A stretch of 63,689 bases of DNA, taken from Girardia tigrina (lineage: Eukaryota). A program made the translations under genes and the position numbers. Shown here one piece after another: positions 52,501 through 63,689 of this stretch. Position 1 is the stretch's first letter. Every line of letters starts with the position of its first letter. The notes below the pieces were generated by a model. That model had not been told where the DNA came from and ran no database searches. It was given only the letters and a program-made list of their open reading frames with translations. The stretch spans positions 5,043 through 68,731 of the forward strand of contig MQRK01217413.1 in the NCBI GenBank assembly GCA_001938485.1. The letters are read 5' to 3'.

Positions 52501-55500
52501 AATCGTCAATCACTGAGACGAAAATGGGAAAATAAATTCCTATGACTACATCATGTCAAGAGAGTTATAATTTTGTTAAACTTCTTCCCGAAGAAATAGT
52601 TGTTGGTTCGAAGTATCAGATTATCTCCATATTTATTTATTAAAGATGACAATAAAAATGCTTGCGCAGAATTTCGAAATCATTTATAATCAAACAAGCA
52701 TTTTAAAAATTAAAAGTCGAAAGCCAATTGAAAATGTTTATTAATTTCGACGGAATAACCGTTATCGCCAGAACAACTATTTTGTTAAAAAAGATATGGG
52801 CTTATATACTGCCAGTAATGATTATGCAATCAATACGTCATCAATAAATAATTTAAAAACCCTCAATAAAGTTGTCGAGAGTGCATTTTGCACGTTAATT
52901 TTAAGATCCAAAGATCTTATATATAACGCTTCACATGTCACTCTCTCCAAGTAATTCTTAAATTGAGTGCACAGAATTTTAAAGTTATGGATGTTTATTT
53001 CCCCTTTGCAATGTTTACTATGTCCAGCAATATTATTTCCACTTTCCTTACGACCGTCTTCCTGGATTCTCTTACAGAGATGACGCAAAGTCTCTCCAAT
53101 GTATGTAAGTGATTTACACCCATTACAGGTAAATGAGATCCAAACACAATCCTAACGGTGTTGAAGATTTTACCATTATGATTGTGATCGCATCTAATTT
53201 ACCAATATATATGTAATGGGTGTAATGCCACATAAATTGGAGAGACTTCACGTCACAAAAGATAAAAAATATAAATGGAAGGTGAATAAAGATGTTAGCA
53301 ACGTATGCTTGAATCTTAAGATTAGTTTTATGTTATCATTTTTGGAAATAAAAATTTATTGAAATTCAACATTTTTAGATGGAGCCATTTGTCCGTCACA
53401 ACTTATGCAGATTTTAAAGATGAAATTCAAGCTTATTATGCAGGGGTTGTTGAAGGTATAAGTACTCGAACTTTAATTGCAGCTCACCTTTCTAATACAT
53501 TTCCAAGTATGAATTTTTAATATTTAAAATTGAAAAATAATTTTAAGAAATAATAATTATTATTATCACTGTTTTTATTATTTAATTTAAACCTATCAAC
53601 ATAAGGAATGTGCTTTTTTTTAATTTTTTATCATTTATAATAGTTTAAGTCGTCGATTTGTTTGTTCACAAATCTTTTATTTTCCATTATTGGATAAAAC
53701 TGGAATTTTGCAAAATTATTCATGTTTTACTACATTTTAAAAATTAATTAAATAATTTACTAAATAATTGATTAATAATTTAATTAAGTTTAAATCAACT
53801 AAATCAATTTTTTTAAAAAACACAAATTTCATTACATTGATGTAATAAATGGATTGTCGCTACAGTGGAGGAATAACATTTTATACAGCATTATTAAAAT
53901 AATCATTATAATGTCATTGTGATAATAATTAATACATGAATATTTATAAAATAAACTACAATATACTGTAAGGTTTCGTTTTATACGGTGGATACGTTCT
54001 ACAGAAAATCGAGTAAAAATGTCGCATTAAAAAGACTTCATTTGTCTCTAAAAAGTATGGATACGTTTCGTAATTTTCTAAAATTGCATAAGACTAAAAC
54101 GAGTTAAAATTAACTTTAAAAACATTAAAAAGTTTGCAGATTATGGTGCTGGCCTCCGGATCAGTATGTGAAGGCAAGCACCTGTTTCTCATGTGAGAAA
54201 TCGCCGGTCGGTGGGGCGATTTGTCCGGTCTAGTGTTGAACAGAATTCAGAGTACCGCTGAGTAACGGTGTCTCGTCCGAATCGCCGCGGCTTCTGTACC
54301 GCATCCCCGTTGCTGTGACCGACGATAAGACTCGATGTGGTGAATTTTTCAATCGGTTCGTCGACATGTGGCCCGAGTGCGTGGTCGGTGAGGTTGTGGG
54401 GATCGTATGAAGCGATGGCGCATGTAATCTGACCGATTGAGGCCGCATCCGCACAGTCCGGCTCGAATAGTTATTCATTATAACTTTAAAATCAATCGTA
54501 AAATCCATTAAAAATTAAGACGAGAATAAAGCGGAGACATGATGTAAATTTAATCAATTCAAAAAAATTGTGTCACCAAATATTATTCAAACAAAAATGT
54601 ATTTTTTATGTTTAATATTCGAGGTCCACACATATATTAAAAGAAATAGGCTGCTTAATAAATTACTTCGAAATTTATATAAAAGTTTAAAATAAAAACG
54701 GACCCTCATACTGATCAGACCCTTTCTGTCTGTTTTCAATTTTTATTAGTACCCAGTCACCTGGTACGAAAATACGTGTAGTCGTTTTCATCATTTGTTT
54801 ATTGTTCTCTCAACGTTTAACTTCTTCTATAACAGATTTATTATCAAGTTCATAATGCCGTGACCCATCTGGTGTCAGTCGCTTTCCGAGAATCACTTCT
54901 GTGGGAATATATTCTATAGTTTTTTTGTATTGAAGCATTTATGCTAAATTCAATTTCCTGAAGTAATTCTACCCAGTTTTGGGATTTTCTGTCTTTCAAT
55001 GTTGCATTATATGAGTCCCGAATCGTCCAAAATTGTCGTTCTATTATTCTATTTGTGCTATAATGATATTGACTGGAAAATTTGATTTGGATTAGTCTGG
55101 CTTTGACAAATTCTAAAAATGATTTCAACTTGAACACCTTCCCACGATCCATATGTATACATGCTGGTGATCCAAATTTGAATATCCACTGATGTTGTAT
55201 TGTACAAATGATGGTTTTTTCATCCTGATTGCTAACTGCTGTTAAACCTACATATCTACTAAAGCTATCGATTATTCCAAATATATATTTCTTTCCATTC
55301 ACTGCCCGTAACGGTCCACACAAATCCATATAAATACCATCGAATGGTCATTTTGAAATTAAATCTATTGTTTCTTCTTTTGTGACTCCCGTATATGTCT
55401 TGGGCGTTTGACAGACTGGAAATTCTCGTACGATGGTTTCGACCTGTTTTGCGAATTCAACTCTCAGAAGGTCTTTCATCGTTTTAATTGGTTTTATTAT

Positions 55501-58500
55501 TTTTATTTTTCTAAGTCATTTTTTAAAAAATATTTAACTTCTAAAATATATTAATTAAAAATAATAATTTAAAGGATTTCTTAATAAAACCAAAAATAAT
55601 ATAAATGTTATCAAATTATTAAAAATGCAGTTAATTTAGATTTTATTAAAAATATTAAACTTAATTTTAATTGTTAATTAAAAAAATATAAACTTATCAA
55701 ATGATTTTTTTAAATATATTCGAATAATCAATCACTTTAAATACAATGAAAAATACCAATTTCCATCTGGGTGGAGAATCACCATTCTAAGTTCAACATA
55801 CTTAAATCAACATACATCACCAATACATTCACACATCCAAACAATTTAAAATAATTCTCTCATAGTACGAATATTGTATTATTTGAAACAAGTCTGATTT
55901 ATTTATTTTCAGATTATTGTGTACCTTTAACCGACTTTTGTAAGAGACTACAAGAATATTTGTCAACAAATATCGATTTTATGGTGAAAGCATCTCGAGG
56001 TAAAGGTGGATATTGGAAGATGGTACTTGTCATAACTGTCCCTTAATAAGAAATGACTTGTTTATTCCTTTTAGATTCGATTGCACTTGTGGCAAATAAA
56101 AGGCTTACAAGATGGTTTTGATAATAATGTGAATACAGATATGGACGATCTTAATGAAAATTATCTTCTTCAATTAAAACATCAAATTTTCAAATTATAG
56201 TAAACGTTTTCTTATAATAATTTGTCATTTATAATTCGATATATAACTTTTTATTTAAATTCAAGTGAAGTTAGGATTTGTAACAAGTGGTCTTTGCAGT
56301 GTTTATTTTTTATTAAAATTTTATTTTTCTTAAAAGTTTAAATGATGAAATTTCAATTAGCCTAGTATAAATACCCTTAAGACCAAGTCAGTTACAACCT
56401 TTTATCGGAAGTTTATTTTTATATAATGTTGTTTACTGGTCAAACTTTAGGATTTCCAAATCGGAAAATTATTTTATTTCTGATTTTCTTAAAATTTTGA
56501 GTGAAATTTCAAAAATCCTTATCTACAAATGTTTACAGATTATCCATAATCATTCAGTCCTTAAGGACATCAAGATAGGGTTTCCAATGATTTATTCGTA
56601 TGAAAAATTCGGAAGGAAAATTCGGAATGTTGTAAGTTTGTTGTTTGTATGCTGTTTATATTGGTGACTCTCCTACTCAGATGGGATTGATATGTTATTG
56701 ATTGATTATTTGAATATAATGATATTAATTTAATGATATTAATTTTAAATACTAATTAATAAAAGTTTTATAATTATAAATTTTAATAATATTTTTAGCA
56801 ACGATTTTAACTTATTAAATTTAATATATTTTAAAAATTAATGTTTATTTTAAAAATTACTTAATGCCTTTTTATCCAATAAAATTTTGAGAAATTAAAA
56901 GTTAATATTAAGATTTTCCCATTAATTGATTTTTAAATTGAAAAACTATATCAATCAAGGATAGATGCTTACTGAGAATGGTTGTGAAGAATCTGTTTGA
57001 GTTATTAATAAATGCTTACACTCAAATTGTGATGTAGTTAATATCAGTCTTCAACCATCCATTAAAATTTTAATTTAAACACAGTTTCCTAAAATGTCAA
57101 TCATTTGTGACGATTAACATTTTAAATCACATAGTACGTGGTGCGCTCAATAAGTATTTAGACTCATCAATAAATATTTACTTCATAAAAGTGACATATT
57201 AGGTGAGATGTTTGAAATATATGAATGTAAGGACAAGGGGTTTTGTTTTTCTAAGATGCCAATGTATTATAAATAACTTTTCTATTACTTTTTACGAAGG
57301 AACCTTCAGATAATCTAGATTTTCGAAGTGCTATAATTGTTTTGCTTTTAAAAAAGCTGCAATAAATCATTGCGTGATTTCGGGATGTTTACAAGCGTGA
57401 GTAACCTTATAAAACAACCATTTACAACTGTTTTCGTAATTGTTGGAAATTTTAAAACAAATTTTCTGCCTTAGATATCAAAACCAATTCCAATTATTAT
57501 GTAAAATTGATAAAGGAAGTTGATAATAAAGAGTGAAGAATAAACAATGCAGTAATCCACCCAACCCGCTTAACAGCAGGAACAATTTAATCATACGGAT
57601 TATCACTGGTGCCTCGCCGACCATACAGTCTTTATCTCACTAATAGGGATTTTTAACTCTTTCGACGACTTTAAAAAGATTTCGAGGATAATTATTTCGT
57701 CATGCCAGTGAATTGTTGCAGCATGTCACGGATTTAATGACTACTAACTCAAAAACTTTCAATAAAAATGGCATTTTTGATCTGGTGTCAGAATGGCAAA
57801 ATACGTGGAAGTATTGGGAACTTACATTGAGATATAAATCTAGTCTAATTGCTAGTTTATTGTTATAAATTTGAATACATATATATATATATATATATAT
57901 TTTAAATCTAATATAATTAATTTTTTGACGCATCATGTACAATCATTAATTTTTATTAAACATTTCTTACAAGCCTTTATAATTTTAGCAAAAGTTCCAT
58001 ATTTTTTTGAAACAAATATCCGAAGTTCAGTCGGAGAAATGTTATGACGTATTGGTTTCTGACTTCGTGTCTGCGCGAGTCAGAATTGTCCAGGCAGTTG
58101 AACCGTTTCCGCCAGTTAAGGACTGCTATGTCTATTCTAATAAATTTTCACTCGTACTCGTCTGTCGTAATCCCAAAACTATCGATATTAAAATTTTAAA
58201 AAGCGATATTTTGGAGAATGAATTAAAAATGATGGGACCAAACGTGTGTCTGCAAAATAAATCGACTGTCAAATCCACGATCGATAATGAGAGTGATAAA
58301 AATCCGGTTAAAGGTGATAGTTGTCATAGATTAGATACAAATCGATCAATCATACGATTCTGTGATGACATATCGACAGAACTACAGATGGGATCAATTG
58401 TATGGGCACGTGTACCGGGAATTTGTTGGTGGTCAGCTATTCTTGGTGAAGAAACCGAAAAAGCCTCTGCTGAGATACAACAATATATATAGTAATTTGT

Positions 58501-60087
58501 GTCATATGATCACTTTTCATATTGAATTTAAAAGGTTGTCTGTAAAAATGGAGTTTTCAAAATCTAACAGTCGATTTTATACATACCTTGAGTGGAAAAA
58601 TGGAACGACTGCAGCGAAAACCTATAGAAAGTTGTCCAATGCCATACCTGATGATTACCCAACGGTTCTCTGATTTTACCTCAGGCAAGCGGCTATCGTT
58701 GGACAATCTCACCCACGAAGTGGACGTCCTTCAGCAACAACAACTGATGATTTGATTGAAAAAGTTAGGAACATAATTGAGCAGGATGAAAGAATGTCTT
58801 TAAGACACATAAGTGAAATGCTTGATGTCAACAAAGAATCAATAAGAACAATCCTCCATGAAAATTTGAACAGGAAAAAGATTTTGAGCATCTGGGTGCC
58901 TTATCAACTGACTGCTGATCACAATCGACAACGTATTGAATCCTCAAGAAATTTTTTGCAACTTGTGCAACAATATGGGAAGGAATACTTGATGAAACGA
59001 TGGATAACAGTTGATGAAACGTGGATATCATTTTCCCCTACATTATGGAGATCCGACTTACGAGTATGGGTAAGTGGAGATGATCCTCGATAACGTGATG
59101 TTCAAAACAAAAAATTTGGACGAAGAACAATGCTTATTTTGGCATTCACAGCTGATGGTAAGTTTAACATCGATGTAACAAAATCTGGCGACGAGTGAAT
59201 ATGCGAGAAATTCTTTGGCAGCATGATAATGCTCGACCACATTCATCCAAGTTTACCACGGAGTTTTTTCAGAAAAAACATGTTGAATTGATTAAACAAG
59301 CTCCACATTTGCCTGATTTAAATCAGTGTGACAAATGGCTATTCAAATTTTTAAAAGGATCACTAAGAACAACATCATTTGCAAGTGAGGAAGAGGTCTT
59401 ACAAGCGGTCAGTGATATTATGAGGAATCTCTCACGAGAAAAACTTTCACATGAATTTGATAAACTTTTTACACATGCTGAAAATGTTATTTGTTGTAAT
59501 GGTGAATATACTGTTGTGTAGAAATATATATTTGTTGTTTTATATTTATTTTATTAAGACATTAGAAATACAGAGGAGTTACGGAAAAACTTTTTTGCCA
59601 TATTAATATATAACATATTCTAAATCTGATCTATGAAGGGTACCAAACAGATTATTATTATTATTATCATTATTGTTGTTATTAACCCGTCTTATTTATA
59701 AAGTCTTCTTCAACTTGACGGTGATTTATCTGCCCTCAGCGCAATTCTCGGTGGATCAAACTATCATGCAACGTTTCCCGGTCATAAAATAATTGGTGAT
59801 GGAAGCTGCTCCGCATTTATTAAATATATCAAAGGTGACATATATACTTCACATGTCACTTGGAATGGGTACTCTTCGATGTTAAGGATGACAAAAGTTT
59901 ATACTTTTCCATATAGATACAGCTGTAAAATTGTATTTGTATTTCTAATTTAAATTAAAATTTATATTTAAGATAATGAAAGTTCAAGTTCTAAAATTCC
60001 TGCAGAAACATTATCGTTTTCGTCATATCCAGGACAGACATGTTCACTTGATGATTTTTATATTTCATCAACTGGATTAGTAAGAAA

Positions 60088-60123
<36 letters not shown>

Positions 60124-62189
60124 CTGATAATAAGAAATGTATTCGAACAATATGTTTTTGTAAAAACATTTTGCCGCAGAAGTTGTGTCGAATAAGCCCA
60201 CATCATTTTCTGAATTTCGAAACAATATCGGCCACCTCCTGGGATTGATCATCGTTAGATTTTGACCTGATAACCTTACCGGCTATCATTGTCAGAAGCA
60301 TTTATTTAGAACAGCAAAGTGAACTTTCAATTTAACATATAGTGCAACCATATTTAAAACGTGTTTTAGTAGAAATTTGATAAGCTGGGTCGATATGAAT
60401 AATTTCTTGTCCCCCTCAACACAATTTATTGTAAATAAATAATGTATAATAGCTTAAAATATTGTAAAATGAGCCCAGCACTATAATTTACTGCCATGGA
60501 AATAAACTGATATTTATAAAAGAAATAAACCTAATATATTAAATAACCATCTACCAGGATTCTATGTTCCTGGCTCGGTGAACATCTCGAGAAGACTGAA
60601 CTTGGTAAAAATTCTTTGCGCCTCTATTACAACTGTCCAGTAATCTTTTCTAAATAAGATTGCCTGAAATCGTCCTAGAAGAGGATGTTCATATGTTAAT
60701 ATCTATCTACCCTGTGTTTCTTAGAATATTGTATCACTACTTGTATATCAATCAAGTTTTTGAAAAAGATGTCAAAAAGAAGTGCAATTGTAAGAAGAAA
60801 GATTTTGAATCATTGCCGTGGAAGACTTGCTGTTTTTTATCAGTAAAATGGGTCGTTGTTTTTAAGTTATATCATTTCTCCTAACAAAATACAAATACAT
60901 AACATTCAAATAATACTTCTATCATCACAATATTTTCTTTAAATCTTTATCCCTATTTATCTTGCTTTTTTCAATAATTTTTTTCCGAGTCAATTTCATT
61001 CATCAAACAGACGTCTACAAAATCCGTTGTAGCTAAAGCAAATGCTGTATGATCATATGAGCGAAATATACCGGCCCCACGTGCTAGATGGTATGTTGAT
61101 TACCTTTAGCACCTAATTTTAATATTTATTTAACTCGCCACGTGAAGCATGAACTACTGTATTTTGATCAAATATTGTGAGAATAAATTATTTATTTATT
61201 TAGTAAAATGTTTTAAAGCTTTTCTCATTCTTCAAATCTATCAAGAAGTATAAGCCATTATATGATATCTTAATGTTTTCCTCTCACATAAGATCCTAAT
61301 GAATATTAAAAGATTCTGCTGGATAGAGACACTTTGTCGACAGCTCTTGTAAAATATAAGTTTTGCAATAGAAATAGGACATCAGTTATTTTGACAACGT
61401 GAAACTATTCTATAGTAAAACTGTCAATATACTAGCAGGAAACTTTCTTAAGTAACTAAATGAACTTTCCTGTGGTACATTCATTCTCTCTAATATATCC
61501 TATTCATTAAAAACAACATTGTCTTATAAAGGAATAAAGTAAAGAGTTTGTTTAAGAATTTTATTCAAAGTATAACAAAAGCAGAGAAAAGAAAGTTCTG
61601 AAACTGACTCAACAGAGCAAATGATAAATAAAATTTATATATTCAGAAATTTAGGTTTGACAAGAATAGAGCAAGTTCTTCATTTGATGTTTCTCAAATC
61701 TTATCCTAAAATGTGGACATATCTTCAATCTTTTTAGTTATAAGACTGTTGATTTGATATTACTTGTTACGATTGAAAAAGTTGAATAAATTTGAAACTT
61801 TTTATAAGGATACGCATCATTCTTAGGATTACATAAGACCAATTGATTATATCACTGACTTTAAATCAGTCATTTGCGCTTATTACTGATACTATATTTG
61901 ACATTAAAATTGTGAAAATAAAAGATATTTTCCTTGTGAAATGACAGTCGAATAATTATTTGTTATTTTCTTCAATTAATTATTTTTGTCTTTCTTAAAC
62001 TTTGTTTGTATTTTAATCTTAGGTCACTACTGAAACAACCATAGGAAATTACAATAAAACTCTTTGGGAAAGTTTGAAAAATTCATCTAAATCGATTGTT
62101 TTCGAGTTCTTTCGAGTACAACTGGCCAACAGACTTGCAACATCCTCTCCTCAATGGACTGACTTATTTTCTAGATTAAACAGCGGAAC
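49542..62189 (+). CDS. PLBD2: Phospholipase B-like 2 (Ntn-hydrolase), exons 49542-49698, 49745-49805, 53379-53506, 55913-56022, 56075-56199, 59704-59924, 59973-60079, 62023-62189; 3' exons beyond window
   Basis: All introns are GT-AG and phase-consistent. Signal peptide followed by INSTGWSHL, QAYYAGVVEG, LLQLDGDL, GDGSCSAFIK (nucleophile Cys at 59807-59809), HVTW, FSSYPG...DDFY, VTTETTIGN, ANRLA and NSGT. Confidence 0.95.
51600..51732 (+). ncRNA. Solo PLE-derived repeat with a hammerhead core lacking its stem I partner
   Basis: AUCGC-CUGAUGA-U-GACGG auauu CCGUC-GAAA-UAUA-UU at 51666-51703. The downstream GYAUCAAUAAAAA seen in the 15.3-15.5 kb copies is deleted. Confidence 0.7.
52730..53256 (-). 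mobile_element. Penelope-like element 3' fragment with an inverted 5' piece
   Basis: IGETLRHLCKRIQE...CEALYIRSLDLKINVQ on the minus strand, and CNGCNAT*IGETSRH on the plus strand at ~53206-53255. Confidence 0.85.
52735..52775 (-). ncRNA. Degenerate hammerhead motif in a PLE 3' end
   Basis: UGUU-CUGgCGA-U-aACGG uuauu CCGUC-GAAA-UUAA-UA-AACA. Confidence 0.65.
53968..54710. mobile_element. LTR-like repeat with a GC/CpG-rich core
   Basis: Imperfect inverted ends TGTAAGGTTTCGTTTT/AAAACGGACCCTCATA. Abuts a Gypsy integrase remnant. Confidence 0.5.
54711..55470 (-). mobile_element. Gypsy integrase remnant
   Basis: MDLCGP, IIDSFSRY, HMDRGKVF and IIERQF. Confidence 0.88.
57135..57939 (+). mobile_element. 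Degraded mariner-like element
   Basis: TACGTGGTGCGCTCAATAAG start (same end at 16458) and an imperfect inverted right end GACGCATCATGTA. Confidence 0.5.
58007..58492 (+). pseudogene. ORF ending in a truncated PWWP-like domain
   Basis: LQMGSIVWARVPGICWWSAIL matches the PWWP consensus G.lVWaK..G.pWWPa.i. Confidence 0.6.
58548..59610 (+). mobile_element. Mariner (DD34D) transposase pseudogene
   Basis: PRSGRP, WVPYQL, ITVDETW and HDNARPH...PDLNQCD with 34-residue spacing. Frameshifts present. Confidence 0.92.
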
Positions 62190-62782
62190 GTAAGAATTTA
62201 GTATCATTTATAAATACTAAATATATAATTTCCATATTTTCATTGGATCTGATGACAATTTGCGTAATAGTCACATTTCCAGTTTAATGGTAAATGAAAC
62301 AAACACATCTTTTGGCAAGTCATTTCTGAGGTTATTTGTTTTGACAAATACGAGAAAAAATCATGAAAATCTTTAATAAAAGGATTATTATACATTAATT
62401 TATAAAAATATCTACTTCCTACATTCATACCACATTCATTCTTGTGCATCACTCTCCTAAGTAGCAAATTAAATAGCAACGCCGATTGACTGTTGTCTTA
62501 AATGTGGTAAGGATACAAACGCCAGCTGTAAAGTTTAAATAGAATTACAGAGTTATTCCATATTATAAACAACTCTATTCCATAATATAAATAACTTTAT
62601 TCCATAATATAAATAAATTTAGTCTACATTTTTTGTTTGTCATAAAACCGTCTAAATACCTTTGTACAACCTTATTAGCGTATAATAAATATTGATTAAT
62701 ATTATCAAAACCAATATTCAAATTATTGGTATGTTTTTTTGTCGCTGCTATTTTAAATAATCTACAAAACTTTAAAATAGAA

Positions 62783-63310
62783 ATGCAAAATCAAAGAAAG
62801 AAAAGAACTGTGATAACTGCAGAAATGAGTGACAATGTAAAAGGTGGTTAGAAATAAACAAAACTGATACATAAATCCAGGAGTTGACGGGTCTTTCGTA
62901 TTCTTTGCTTCATAATCTAATAAAAAAGATTACGTCGGGCATGGATAAAGCCGAGATTATTTCTTCCAAAAAAGGACCAAAGTTTAAAGAGAATGCCACA
63001 ATCAAACACCAAATATCTTCGATAGATGATCGAGATAATAGTTTAGTACAAATGGACATAGTGGACTCCTTGGAATCTTCTGGAATTCGATGTTCACAAA
63101 GTTTTGTTTCTAAAATGCTCAAAAAAAATAAATATAACTAGAAAGGAATAGCCAGAGGATTTTGGACTTTTGGCAAGCCTATACTAGAGAATTAATGAAC
63201 TATTCTGGCGAACAACTGGTTTTTCTTGATGAAACTGCATTGAATTTGCACACATCCAGTAATTTTGGTTATTCTCAGAAAAAATACTAAAGCCTATGCG
63301 ATATTTCATA
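62783..63310 (+). mobile_element. IS630/Tc1-type transposase 5' remnant
   Basis: HTH-like region followed by LVFLDETALNLHTSSNFGYS. Confidence 0.7.
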
Positions 63311-63564
63311 AATGAATAGTCAGAATATGATCTTAGATTTTTTAAAAAATCAATACATAGAGCTTTATAGTTTAAAGTGCCGCAGAACATACATATGGTA
63401 TAAATGGCGAAGTAAGCAAAATATCGAAAATCTGTGTGAACACATGGAGCCCTAGGGAGTAACATATAGGTAAATAGACGGAATATGATCTTAGATTTTT
63501 GAAAAAAAAAATCAATACGTAGTGCTTTTTCGAACATATGCACATTATGTATGTAAATATTATA

Positions 63565-63689
63565 TTATAGATATTATAAAAGCCCAAGTCACTCACTGCC
63601 TGCCTGCCTGCCTGCCTGCTTCACTAACGCTGACGTAATAATTGTTGACGTAATAATAGTATTATTTGTTGAAAAATAAATGTGAAAAA
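63565..63689 (+). mobile_element. Possible non-autonomous Helitron 5' end
   Basis: ATATTATAAAAG followed by a (CTGC)n tetranucleotide tract, resembling invertebrate non-autonomous Helitron heads. Confidence 0.4.

Noticed and set aside
54230-54508. 92-aa ORF as a gene
   Set aside because: It is a chance ORF of a GC-rich repeat with no domain features.
58492-58534. Intron fusing PWWP to the mariner transposase
   Set aside because: The only obvious GT-AG pair joins TA+G and recreates a stop codon.
58745-58768. CTGATGA...GAAA as another hammerhead
   Set aside because: No stem II pairing, and it lies in mariner coding sequence.

Overview
Very AT-rich eukaryotic (animal) genomic DNA, not prokaryotic. 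The mix of ~46-52 bp and multi-kb GT-AG introns and the transposon repertoire would fit a planarian-type flatworm, but this is inference only. Two spliced host genes lie on the + strand: the 3' part of a bestrophin gene (clear exon 10621-10868, weaker downstream exons) and the first eight exons of a phospholipase B-like gene (PLBD2, 49542-62189, continuing beyond the window). Almost everything else is degraded, often nested, transposable elements: Ty3/Gypsy internal regions and solo LTRs, Tc1 (DD34E), DD37E, mariner (DD34D), hAT and piggyBac MITEs, MULE, Chapaev3, an RTE-like LINE with C-terminal zinc fingers, Penelope-like elements (PLEs), a tRNA-like SINE and a possible Helitron end. The strongest non-annotated signal is a family of five minimal hammerhead-ribozyme motifs with covarying stems. 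Two sit just 3' of PLE GIY-YIG ORFs, two form a ~300 bp palindromic non-coding cassette, and one is a solo copy. The two copies on the host-gene sense strand look disabled. Also notable are a 110-nt T-shaped self-complementary insertion, a bestrophin with an altered Ca2+ clasp, and a PWWP fragment abutting a mariner transposase.
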